A model generated the notes under the pieces. That model worked only from the letters and a program-made list of their open reading frames with translations, ran no database searches and was not told the origin of the DNA. DNA of 64,000 nucleotides from Nitrosopumilus sp. (GTDB lineage: Archaea > Thermoproteota > Nitrososphaeria > Nitrososphaerales > Nitrosopumilaceae): contig OZ240211.1 of assembly GCA_965197525.1 (NCBI GenBank), positions 1,056,001 to 1,120,000 of the forward strand. Reading direction: 5' to 3'. The translations under genes and the position numbers were made by a program. Below, one piece after another: positions 40,801-49,874 of this stretch (its first letter is position 1; the number at the start of each line of letters is the position of its first letter).

Positions 40801-40964
40801 AAAGCGCAAGAGATCTCTTCTGCGGTAGCACCAAATGGATACGGTCTTGGATTACGTTTACTTGTTTTCTGTTGCGTCTTTGCAGGATTGGCCTTGTTGT
40901 CTTTTGATGTTTCACCCCAAAGGACTAGTTCTCCATTGCCTTCCCCAACATGAAGTATAATCAT
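37827..40964 (-). CDS. SNF2-family helicase/translocase (YwqA/SsoRad54-like)
   Basis: LADDMGLGKT, DEAQ, LTGTP, FSQF, SLKAGGTGLNL, QATDRAFRIGQ; 4 bp upstream of the SWIM gene. Confidence 0.95.
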   Translation of the reverse strand: MIILHVGEGNGELVLWGETSKDNKANPAKTQQKTSKRNPRPYPFGATAEEISCALEETAFDFKSVPSQDDKMLVWLPTNGANPIPSSEIIAEMPESKTKTKIAPWMINVRKLSMSEAIDLLCASMDKRTIAAGVIVSVDLAYWTDVLRFAGSIVARQQYLPSLITDEGNEHAALWTPVFVGNDFKRLDELSRHMPAVGRALSDIGTTTPSQKPSIVVLEQVITAMTDYLVRTTASENRPPQSRRRKRFDSIHDSWLYALRTPKAVINKGHKGLLQLVTHVNEWQWPITASARSNFRLCFRLEAPDYDDDDAIKGANTAGNTWYIRYLIQPHDDQSLLIPADTVWNAKNKKTILERSGSNVKEFLLLSLGQASGICPSISTSLMDSNLAGHAVDTDKAYEFLTREAAVLEQAGYGIILPSWWTNAKQRTHLTVHANVKNPKMKAKSGLTLETLVEFNWEIAMGKQKMTIKELEELASIKSPLTMIRGKWVEVSHKEIQTAIKFLKEGANKTTLGDVIQMNMGLEGGGAPSYELDFEGVKSTGWIADVLNQLDGTTEFKNLKQPDKFSGTLRPYQIKGYSWLSFLQQWGLGGCLADDMGLGKTVQILALVYQSWQKSKRQPTLIVCPTSVINNWQKEAARFTPELPVLVHHGMDRSHGASFKKAAKKHAIVLSSYGLIQRDIEFLKKMSWNGVILDEAQNIKNPETRQARAARLLKANYRFALTGTPVENNVGDLWSIMDFLNPGLLGTQTEFKRNFFTPIQTQQDHDAVKQLKRATGPFILRRLKTDKSVISDLPKKMEMKVFCSLTAEQTTLYTSITKEIEAALDSVEGIQRKGMILSALSKLKQVCNHPAQFLKDNSSIANRSGKLARLTEMLEEVVESGDRALIFSQFAEMGHMLKQHMQEMFGQEVLFLHGGVPRGKRDKMVERFQNDDEDGPQIFILSLKAGGTGLNLTAANHVFHFDRWWNPAVENQATDRAFRIGQKQNVQVHKFVCAGTLEEKIDEMIELKKQVAEKVVGTGEGWLTELSDDDLRDILTLNKEEVVGA

Positions 40965-41026
40965 TTTATTATATACATTGACAATTTACGTACTTAATAT
41001 TTTTTTGGTACGTGTTCACGTCGTGT

Positions 41027-41386
41027 TGTGGAATATGAAAAACAGTTCCCCCTTCCACCTTATTTGACATATTCCTCCCCGGTTTGTTTGTCAACTGCTG
41101 TTTCTCCTCTAGGCGGCATCTTGAGTATGAAGGGCGTGTGAAGATGTTCATGGTATTTGCAATACTAGAAGTGGCCTCTCTCTCTTGTTTTTGTAATATG
41201 ATCATTTACCTTGGATTCATCCAACTTTTTCATCGTACGTATTCTTCGGCTTCCTATATGCTGCCACATCTTAACATAACTTGACTTGACCCACATACCT
41301 GTATTTCTACCAAGTGATAGACTAGTGCGATCTCTGAATCGTTTTGTCCTGTTGGACAGGGGGCGAACTACTTTTTGTACAAGATA
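41027..41386 (-). mobile_element. Internally deleted IS481 derivative
   Basis: Right end TGTGGAATA at 41027 resembles 36454; C-terminal KMPPRGETAVDKQTGEEYVK* lies near an N-terminal-like MKKLDESKV; degraded left IR near 41354-41386. Confidence 0.65.
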
Positions 41387-41402
41387 TTATCAATATCATG
41401 CT

Positions 41403-41654
41403 TCAAACCTTTAAAATTTTGAGCACCTCTTGTAACTCTCTTGGATTTAATGCATACTGTGGGCCATATGAGGTTGGATGCATCAAAATCAGGTTTTGTT
41501 TTACAAGTTTTTTTAACTGCTTCTCAACATCGCCTTTGAGATGAGATGGGAAACCTGTCTTGAGATTCTGCTGGGAAATATGCTTTGCACCAATCCTACG
41601 ATCTAGAAACATCTTTTTTAGAATCTGATTTGACACTTGATCTTGTAAAGTCAA
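41403..41654 (-). CDS. Small basic winged-helix-like protein
   Basis: IGAKHISQQNLKTGFPSH...LKKLVKQNLI..HPTSYG...LNP. Confidence 0.6.
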   Translation of the reverse strand: MTLQDQVSNQILKKMFLDRRIGAKHISQQNLKTGFPSHLKGDVEKQLKKLVKQNLILMHPTSYGPQYALNPRELQEVLKILKV

Positions 41655-41752
41655 TCCTAGTTAATACAACACTACAGATTATATAACTATGATATAATAT
41701 TTTATATGATATAAGCTAATATTATATAATTAGTTAACGGATTAGAGATAAG

Positions 41753-42106
41753 ATGCATGTATCATCACAACAAAAAGAGTCTATAATTGTTACAGACTCT
41801 GAATTTAGAGAAAAGGCATTAGAGTTAGGTCCGTTAGAGTCAGTGTTTCCGTGTAGCACATCAAAAATATTAGATTTTATGATCGCATTTTCGGACTGGG
41901 ATTACTCTATTACAGACATTGGTAAAAACGCGGGTTTATCATTTAAGACAGGATTTGACGAGGTAAAGCGATTAGAATCACAAGGAATTTTAATAAAAAC
42001 CCGGGTTGTGGGTAAAGCAAAACTGTACAAACTAGATACAAAATCAGAACACGTGCAAGGTATAATGAAACTGGCATGGGACATAGCAAAGAACAGGAGT
42101 ATCTAG
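41753..42106 (+). CDS. Winged-helix transcriptional regulator
   Basis: SKILDFM...DYSITDIGKNAGLS...LESQGILIKTRVVGKAKLYKL. Confidence 0.8.
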   Translation: MHVSSQQKESIIVTDSEFREKALELGPLESVFPCSTSKILDFMIAFSDWDYSITDIGKNAGLSFKTGFDEVKRLESQGILIKTRVVGKAKLYKLDTKSEHVQGIMKLAWDIAKNRSI

Positions 42107-42294
42107 TCAGTCTAACAAGTTATGTTGTCTTGAAAGTTCTCGCATCATCAGAGTTAGATTAAAAGATAGATTTGTGGAAACGATGTTGCATTATATCATC
42201 CAAGTCTTAATTTTCATGATCTAGCTGACTTTACAGACATTTTATGACTTTTGATTGTGTATGTATGATGGAATTTATGGCTAACTAACATAAT

Positions 42295-43650
42295 CAGAAG
42301 TTGAAAATGTACCCTCTACACACGTTTTTTACGCATAATTTTACAAGCTAACACACATAGTTTTTTGATATATGGGGCTAAAAGATCAAAACTTGATCAG
42401 TTAACATGGCAAATCAGAAAAATGAATTGAATTTCCAAGATAATATTGCAAAAAAAGAATTCAAGGTCTTGTGTGACGCACTAAATTGTGCAAAGATACC
42501 GCTGTCAACAAGGCATAACGCTATGTACAGTCTTGAGGACGTCGTCTTGGTTCTGCTATACATGTGCAATAATGGGGCTACTGTCAACAGGGCCGTAGCA
42601 GAGCTTGCCATCACATCAAGAGATGACAAGAACACCAGTATTCCAACATCCCAGTGGTTATTGAGTATGATAGGTGCAATAGATTATGACAAGATGAATG
42701 CCTTGTGTATGCGCATGTTAAAGAGTACATTCAAGAATGGATTTGGTCTTGAGGAGAAGAAGAAGACAGGTCACATGTCTACCATAGACAAGCACTTGAT
42801 CCCATTCACAGGCACAGACAGGCACAATGACAACTTTGTAATCGGTGGCAAGCCAAAGGGCGGAACGTCTCAGTTTGAGACGTACGCCACCATGCAGCTA
42901 GTCACCGAAGAGCGGTTGCCTACGATAGCAGTAGTACACCTCACAAGGGACATGACCAAGACCGAATTCGTGCGTAAATTGCTCTTGGAATCACAGAAAC
43001 TAGGATTTAAAAAAAAGTCGACAATTCTCATGGACCGTGAGTTTAGCAATGTAGAGGTGATGCGCTTTCTGGACAAACGCGGCAAGAGATTCCTGATGGC
43101 AACAAGCAAGACGCCTGGAATCAAAAAGGCCGTCTCGGAGTTTCGTTGCGGCAAAAGAGACGCAATATCAAGATACGAGATGAGATCCGGCGACGGAACA
43201 ACATTCAGGTTTTGGCTGGTAATAAAAAAACGCCTCGAGGAAAAGAGGGGCAAAAAAAGATGGGAGTATCTGACGTATGCCACAAATGTAGAACGCCGGC
43301 GCATAAAACGCACCATGAAAGACGTTCCTAAAGAATACAAAAAGCGCTGATGCATAGAGAACAACTTCAAATCAGTTGAGCAGATGCGTGCACGCACAGG
43401 TAGTCGAAATCATGCGATCAGAGTCTTTATGTTCTTTCTCTCTATGACTGTGTGCAACGTGGTATACGACAGTACGAAAAATAAACAGAGTGTTTAAGAT
43501 CAAGTTTGGGCAGCATGTCAAAACAAATACGACAGCTAGTGTATTCCTAGTGTTGCTCATTGTATTGGTCAAGAAGATCATAAAATCAACAGACAAAGAT
43601 TTAGAATATTATTTGCAGTGTGTGCGATAGGGGTACATTTTTAACTTCTG
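42295..43650 (+). mobile_element. ISH3-like (IS4 superfamily) element
   Basis: IRs cagaagttgaaaatgtaccc (42295) and gggtacatttttaacttctg (43650), 1 mismatch; no target duplication seen. Confidence 0.85.
42406..43630 (+). pseudogene. ISH3-like transposase with a nonsense codon and downstream frameshift
   Basis: IDKHLIPF, MDREF, then YKKR*CIENNFK, where TGA (43348-50) replaces the W of the YxxRWxIE motif. Confidence 0.88.
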
Positions 43651-43937
43651 ATGTGACTATAAACAACTCACATTCTCCACTTTTAATCTCCAATATTTAC
43701 AAAAATATTGTTTTTGATTTGTTTTTATTCATAAATATGAGAATTTAGCAAATTTTATTTTCTAATTCAGACATTTCGCACTTTGCGATTAATTTATCCG
43801 TAAACAGCGTCAAGTCACGCGAGAACCATGTTCTTTGTGGCAACTCGGATGTCTTTATCGAAGTTGGGAAACAAAATGGATTTAGGAAAAAGTACAATTC
43901 CATCTACTGGCTTACGTAATGAAGAGATTAGGCAGTA

Positions 43938-44237
43938 TTATTGTTCAGGAGATGGATTTATGCCGTCCATAGATTGTATGATGTAAGCGATTTTTCCCTT
44001 TATGACATGTTCTTCATCTACAATCTTTTTCTCTATGATTTCTGTGGATTGAGTAATATTCTTGCATTGTCTCTTGATATTACCCATGCAGTTAATGCTT
44101 GATTCAATATCCATGACGTTCTGCTTGACGGTCTTGGGATCAATGCCAAGTCGCTTGTCACTTGCAGAAACCGCTCTAATCCTTGCCCACTTGTACGCCA
44201 TCTCAATTATCCATATGTTTGCACCAGCATCAAACAA
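43938..44237 (-). pseudogene. C-terminal fragment of a coiled-coil protein
   Basis: Starts mid-domain (AYKWARIRA...), helical heptad-like composition; family not established. Confidence 0.4.
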
Positions 44238-44502
44238 ACGTGTAAAGCAAAGCGTGTTGATTTAATCAGTATCATGCTAACAGTCTTGGATATAAATAGT
44301 TAAACGGTATATCATTGTATGTTGGGAACGTAGCATATTACGGCGTAAATCCGGGTCAAAACTATCCAATTACATTTTTGACTTTTCCTATTGGGCTAGT
44401 AACTGTGCGATTAAATTGACATTCGTGTGAAATGCCAAGATAGTTCTAGTTTACAAGCCTGTGTGAAAAAAATAAAGGCGTACAGATGGTGTTTGGAATG
44501 CA

Positions 44503-44529
44503 GATGATGATGATGATGATGATGATGAT
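44503..44529. repeat. (GAT)9 microsatellite
   Basis: Nine perfect GAT units. Confidence 0.95.
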
Positions 44530-44562
44530 TTACACAAAGATGTGATGATCAAGGCGCCTCAC

Positions 44563-45573
44563 CTACAGGCAGGATCCAAGATGACGTGCAACGTCTGTAG
44601 GAATGACGGCCATCTTGTATGTCCTAGTCATAATCCTCTTCTTTCCCACCATCAACAGCCCGTGCCGCCTGAGTCTCCCCACAACAGAAGCGGGCATCTT
44701 GTCCCACCTCAGGCCGGTATCATCCTTCCCAACCCTCCTGCAGAGATCCGAGTACTTGGCAGCGCAGTCTTTTGCGAAGACCAGTCTCAGCCCAATCCTT
44801 TCATCCTCGGAGAGGCCGGAGACGACACGCCTCAGGGAGTCCTCAGAGGTGAGGATCGACTTGATTATCCTGATCTTCTTCTTTTTGACATGCTGCGTGT
44901 CTATCCCCAGCGAGTCGCATATTCCGTTCACCCAGTCTATCGGAAATTTTTTGAGCAGAGGGCCCATCGTTGGATTTGACGGGATCGTTAATGACTCTGC
45001 CTTCTTCTGGAGATCCCGCTCCAACATTTGGTGGAGGTTGTTGAACATCTCAGAGTTAAGCGATCTGTAACCCTCATGCTGATCACGGCCTTCTTTTATT
45101 ATCACGTGGAAGATCCCCGTGGTTCGGTACGTGCCGTTGTCGTGCCACGGGTGTATTCTACCAATAATTAACCTCCCCTTCGAGTAGATGCCAGGGTTGC
45201 TTCCCATCATCTCAACTGTAAACACCCTTCCGTCTGACGTGGATCTTATAAGCATCCTGTTGTTTGCATCTACCGCCTTTTCTACGAGGAACGTATCGTA
45301 CACGAGGTTCTTCATCTGAAGTATCTTTGATGCAAGCCTTGTATCGTCGACGAACTCGTCTACAAACTCGTCAAGCACCGTCTTGCCGAAGAGATTCTTC
45401 TTCTCACACATAAGCCACGTCACGATCTGCTTGTATACCAGCTCGTCACTGTCAAAATCTAGGTCGTACGGACACACGTCGTAATAGTCGTATACCGTAT
45501 CAGAGTATTTCCAGTTTGCATAGTCTGCAAACAGATCCAGAAAGTTTTCCTCTGTAACTTTTGGAGGTAACAC
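44563..45573 (-). CDS. Hypothetical protein (OB-fold-like N-half as in SEC-C-associated proteins, wHTH-like C-half)
   Basis: TWL..E....GKTVLDEF and GRIHPW motifs; C-terminal GRLRRHGLL...VIPTDV; visibly more GC-rich than its flanks. Confidence 0.6.
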   Translation of the reverse strand: MLPPKVTEENFLDLFADYANWKYSDTVYDYYDVCPYDLDFDSDELVYKQIVTWLMCEKKNLFGKTVLDEFVDEFVDDTRLASKILQMKNLVYDTFLVEKAVDANNRMLIRSTSDGRVFTVEMMGSNPGIYSKGRLIIGRIHPWHDNGTYRTTGIFHVIIKEGRDQHEGYRSLNSEMFNNLHQMLERDLQKKAESLTIPSNPTMGPLLKKFPIDWVNGICDSLGIDTQHVKKKKIRIIKSILTSEDSLRRVVSGLSEDERIGLRLVFAKDCAAKYSDLCRRVGKDDTGLRWDKMPASVVGRLRRHGLLMVGKKRIMTRTYKMAVIPTDVARHLGSCL

Positions 45574-45665
45574 ACAAGTGAATACAAGAATTACAATTTT
45601 AAGTTTATCTACGATCTAGGCTTTGTCCAAATCTTAATTTTTTAGGTCTATTTGACGTATATTTA

Positions 45666-46838
45666 GAGTGGCGGTATGCACTCAGGTTCCATCTAGTTCT
45701 AGGCGTGATTTTACAATGTGCTACGTTTTTTTGTGCCTACGCAGACACCGGACCTGAGTGCATACGAGTGGCGTCATCAAATCTTTGCAATTGATTTTCT
45801 GCACAGATACTGTTCAATATTTTGATTGAATGGAGCGGTTCTCACGTATTTCATTGCGGCTCGTGCACGGTCACTAACATGTTCATGGCAGTCACACATG
45901 AAAGGTTGAATCTTTAACTGGTGCCAACATTCTTCAATTGCATGACATTCAGAACATCCTGTAGGCAAATACATTATTCGCAGTCTAGAACTTTGCTTTA
46001 CAAATTTTTTAAACTTCTTTGTTTTATGCGGGGGTGCTGCATCCATTACAATGGCTACCTTGTCATAGTTCCAATAGTTTTTTGACAAATTTAAGAAATG
46101 TCGGACCGTTGAATTTTTTTTTCTGTAAAAAACATTGATGTGAGTCTGATATTGCACCATAAATTACACGTCTCCGATGTCTCCAAAATAAACTCGGAAT
46201 ATTTTTTGACCCACCGGCGACCATGAACCGCGCTTTGTGATAGTCATGCATCAGTATTTTTTCATCCTGTACATACAACTCAAAACCATCTCGTTTTACG
46301 CACGAAATCCACCGTTTTAGGGATTTGTCACTCTTCTATCTGTTCACTAGATGCCTTGTTTTTGTGTGTGGAATCAGGTACTTGGAGTAAAGTTATGACG
46401 ACACAATATGTCATGTATTCCAGATTCGGTGTATTTTACTCTTGTATCTTTTTTTATTTTGTGTACAAGATGCTTTGGAAAAATACCGTTTTTAACATTT
46501 GTAAAAAATTCTGTAATCTTATGATTTGCTATTTTTGTCGGGCGTCCGGATCTTGGTTTCTCATACAATCCTGCAACTCCAAATTCTTTAAATTGCATAA
46601 CCCAATTTTTAATTGTGTTGTAAGATTTGTAAAACATCTGTACGATTGTTGAAATCGTTTTACCTTCCTCTACGACATTTAGCACTGCAAGCATCCGTTC
46701 TTTTGCTTTTGAGTTTAATTCCTTCTTGTATACATACATTAATTCCGCATTCTGGTTTTCCACGATAGACGATAAATGTTTCAAGCTATAAATGTTTCTA
46801 GTGTTTTTGAAAATTGCAAAGACTTTTTGACGTCACTC
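45666..46838 (-). mobile_element. Degenerate copy of the 29.6-kb IS630 element
   Basis: Same IRs with TA flanks (45664-65, 46839-40); transposase split into 46374-46784, 46063-46278 and 45777-46160. Confidence 0.92.
45674..45765. mobile_element. 92-bp MITE inserted in the IS630 terminal IR
   Basis: Perfect 14-bp IRs gtatgcactcaggt and acctgagtgcatac; 8-bp duplication GAGTGGCG at 45666-73 and 45766-73; no ORF. Confidence 0.9.
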
Positions 46839-46839
46839 T

Positions 46840-46995
46840 AGCAACATCTTGATCTTGTGCCCAAATCATCACAAAGAGTTTGATTATGGTGATCGTGTTA
46901 TCACAGAACATTCAGAAAAACAGATAATTTTTAGAATGAATGGGGAAAAACATACAATTAATCTAGAGCCAAAAAAACGACATCGTGGTAGTTAA
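46840..46995 (+). pseudogene. HNH endonuclease C-terminal remnant
   Basis: Reads SNILILCPNHHKEFDYGDR...* starting exactly at the IS630 boundary; N..LCPNHH..FD.G is the HNH C-terminal motif. Confidence 0.75.
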
Positions 46996-47168
46996 AGTAG
47001 ATCCGATTCCTCTGTAGATACTGTAACATATTTGATGTTTGTATCATGATAAACAAATCAGATTGTTTTGGACATCAATAAAATCTGGCAAAGATCCTAT
47101 AGAATCGCCAACCCATAAAGATAAAATTAGAAAAACTCTGACTCGTATCATGCGTGTGGTGCCGTATC

Positions 47169-48293
47169 ATGACAGTTGATTCTCTCAAATCCCTGGTAAC
47201 AGAGCTTGCAACAAACGTAAAAGAGCAAGGTACTGCCGGAACCAAGATGTTAGAAAATGACAGATACACCAGTCTGCCAATAACTCCTGAGAACTTTACA
47301 GAGATCAAAGAGGTTGCCACGCCCAAAAAGATAGCATATGTTGACGGAGGCAACGTAGAGTTGCTACGGGCAACAAACTATGTTGTAGAGTTTAACCGCC
47401 TGTACTATACCATATTTGAAGGCAAGAAAAAGATAGCACCACTACTAAAACCAGTCGTAGAGTTCTTTTCATGTGTCACATCAACGGTAAAGACAGACAA
47501 AGACAACAACAGACGCGACATACACTACCGCACCAGCATATTCCCCCACACAGGAAACAAAGACATGCTCCCACTCTCAGACGACCTCTCATTTCTATCA
47601 ACTGACAGAGAGATAGCAACAAGCAATCAAAGGGCGCTAATCCACTCAATCGGCTCCATTGCAAGACAGTTTGCAGAGAAGAGCCTTGCATGCGAGCTAG
47701 TAAAAAACGAGCTGTCCCAAGGTGACATACTGGTGTTAGACGGCTCTTTGCACAAGTCATTTAGACGAGAGCACAAGTACCTGCAGAGACTATTCGAGTT
47801 GGGGCAAGAAAAGGGTGTAACCATATGTGGGTTGACAAAAACCAGTACCTTGTTCACAGACAGCGGATCATCATTGCTCGGTGCCATATACGACATATCA
47901 GAGAATGTAAAACACGACAGATGGTATATCCCTGTTGCTGCACCAAAGTCAGATGATCCAAGAGGTACCATATTTGTAATAAAACTACACCCATACTCTG
48001 AACATATCTTTAGATTTGAGATTCTTGCAGACCAATACGACCAAATGAACCAACAAGAGATAGACTGCATATTTGCATCACTTGCAGTCAACTCTAACGA
48101 TTTGGCAATGATCGGCTATCCGTACGGCCTAATAGATGCTGACACACATGCGCGTGTAAGACAGTCTGACAAGGACTATTACCGCAATATCCTGTTATCT
48201 GAGATATCACAAATCCCCCAATGGAAGAAGAGCATCATGAATCATTCCAAAACACATATGGTACACAACGACTTGAATCTGGCAGTGGGATAA
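47169..48293 (+). CDS. nurA: DNA double-strand break repair nuclease NurA
   Basis: [28 protein letters not shown]; ATG at 47169. Confidence 0.88.
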   Translation: MTVDSLKSLVTELATNVKEQGTAGTKMLENDRYTSLPITPENFTEIKEVATPKKIAYVDGGNVELLRATNYVVEFNRLYYTIFEGKKKIAPLLKPVVEFFSCVTSTVKTDKDNNRRDIHYRTSIFPHTGNKDMLPLSDDLSFLSTDREIATSNQRALIHSIGSIARQFAEKSLACELVKNELSQGDILVLDGSLHKSFRREHKYLQRLFELGQEKGVTICGLTKTSTLFTDSGSSLLGAIYDISENVKHDRWYIPVAAPKSDDPRGTIFVIKLHPYSEHIFRFEILADQYDQMNQQEIDCIFASLAVNSNDLAMIGYPYGLIDADTHARVRQSDKDYYRNILLSEISQIPQWKKSIMNHSKTHMVHNDLNLAVG

Positions 48294-48294
48294 C

Positions 48295-49872
48295 ATGAGG
48301 GAACTAGATGTCGTAGGTCAGGTAGTCGGAGGCCAGGTAGGCCAAATAAGGATCAGAGAGAAACAGGACAGGCAGATAGAGCTAGGCGATCTGCTAGTGA
48401 CGCACGATGGTAATAATAATAACAACAGCACGATAATTTTGCAGGTATTTGACCTGACATACGGTAGCCAGATACCTGATAACACGCGTGAGCTGATGTC
48501 AGGATTGAATCTGGAGAATACAGGACACAATACGGACATCTTTGAGCCCAACCTGCGCAACTATGTCATAGCACATGTAAAGGCGCTAGTAAGAGTGGAC
48601 TCTGAATCGCACACAACTACAACCCCCAAGATACTGCCATCATTCTTTGGCAAGGTCTCACAGATAACAAAAGACGACCTGCAGTTCCTATCGAAGCAGG
48701 ATGACTCTTTTTTTGTAGGCAGGATTCGTAGCGGCTCCAAAATAGTCGATGTTCCAGTATGGCTGCCATCAAGAAAGATATTCTCTCACCACATACTGAT
48801 TCCTGCAACTACCGGTAGGGGTAAGAGCAACCTGGTCAAGACCATACTCTGGCACGTGCTTGACTCGAACAACGTGGTAGGCGCATTAGTTTTGGACCCG
48901 CATGACGAATACTGGGGGAGAACAGACAACGGGTTGCACAGCCACCCAAATGCAGACGAGAACCTTGTGTATTATACGCCTAACAGTCCGCCTGCAGGTG
49001 CCAACTTTTTGACTGTAAACCTAGGAACAATCAAACCTGATCACTTTAATGGCATAATCGAGTTTACAGACCCGCAAGAACAAGCATTACGAACGTTTTA
49101 CAGGGTATTCAGACGTGACTGGATAGATGCCATAATTGAGGAGCGTGAGCATCCTGACCTAAATGACTATGCAAAAAAGACGCGTTTTATCCTCAAGAGA
49201 AAGTTCAAACTGGCTTTGGGTGTTGATGTTGACGGTGATGGTAAAATTGTGTGCCATAACAGGGTATTTGATACAGGCACCAAGGGCACACAGACTATCT
49301 CTCAGATAGTGAAGAGTGTAGAGGATGGTAAAGTGGTGATCATAGATACCTCACAGCTCTCAGATGCTGCAGAGCTGTTGATAGGCAGCATAATTGCAAG
49401 CGAGATACTAGAGAGATACCAGCAATACAAGGCACGGGGGGAGCTTGACACCAAACCGATTGCAACCATAGTGATAGAAGAGGCACCGCGTGTGTTGGGT
49501 GAGGATGTGATGAAGAACTCTTCAGGGAATGACAACATCTTTAGCAAGATAGCAAAAGAAGGAAGAAAGTTCCAGGTGGGACTGACTGCAATTACACAAC
49601 TATCAAGCGTAATCCCAAAGACCGTTCTAGCTAACATAAATACAAAGATAATACTAGGCAATGAGATGAGACAAGAACGGGCAGCAGTGATTGCAAGCGC
49701 CTCCCAGGATTTGTCAGATGATGACAGAAACATTGCAAGTCTTGACAAGGGAGAGGCCATAATATCAAGTATATTCGTCCCGTTTGCATTGCCAATAAAA
49801 ATTCCGTTGTTTGATGAATTGGTATCTGATGGAACGAAGGATACAAAGGTGTACAAGACTAGGATGTATTAA
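48295..49872 (+). CDS. herA: HerA helicase/translocase
   Basis: N-terminal HAS barrel, Walker [10 protein letters not shown], Walker B IVIEEA, AKEGRKF, ITQ. Confidence 0.92.
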   Translation: MRELDVVGQVVGGQVGQIRIREKQDRQIELGDLLVTHDGNNNNNSTIILQVFDLTYGSQIPDNTRELMSGLNLENTGHNTDIFEPNLRNYVIAHVKALVRVDSESHTTTTPKILPSFFGKVSQITKDDLQFLSKQDDSFFVGRIRSGSKIVDVPVWLPSRKIFSHHILIPATTGRGKSNLVKTILWHVLDSNNVVGALVLDPHDEYWGRTDNGLHSHPNADENLVYYTPNSPPAGANFLTVNLGTIKPDHFNGIIEFTDPQEQALRTFYRVFRRDWIDAIIEEREHPDLNDYAKKTRFILKRKFKLALGVDVDGDGKIVCHNRVFDTGTKGTQTISQIVKSVEDGKVVIIDTSQLSDAAELLIGSIIASEILERYQQYKARGELDTKPIATIVIEEAPRVLGEDVMKNSSGNDNIFSKIAKEGRKFQVGLTAITQLSSVIPKTVLANINTKIILGNEMRQERAAVIASASQDLSDDDRNIASLDKGEAIISSIFVPFALPIKIPLFDELVSDGTKDTKVYKTRMY

Positions 49873-49874
49873 CG

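Noticed and set aside
40342-40953. Long antisense ORFs (also 21258-22148, 24895-25413, 35115-35618, 50504-51064 and others)
   Set aside because: They overlap well-supported genes on the opposite strand and carry no recognisable motifs.
42285-43660. Target-site duplication around the ISH3-like element
   Set aside because: Flanks (ataat / atgtg) do not match, so no TSD is claimed.
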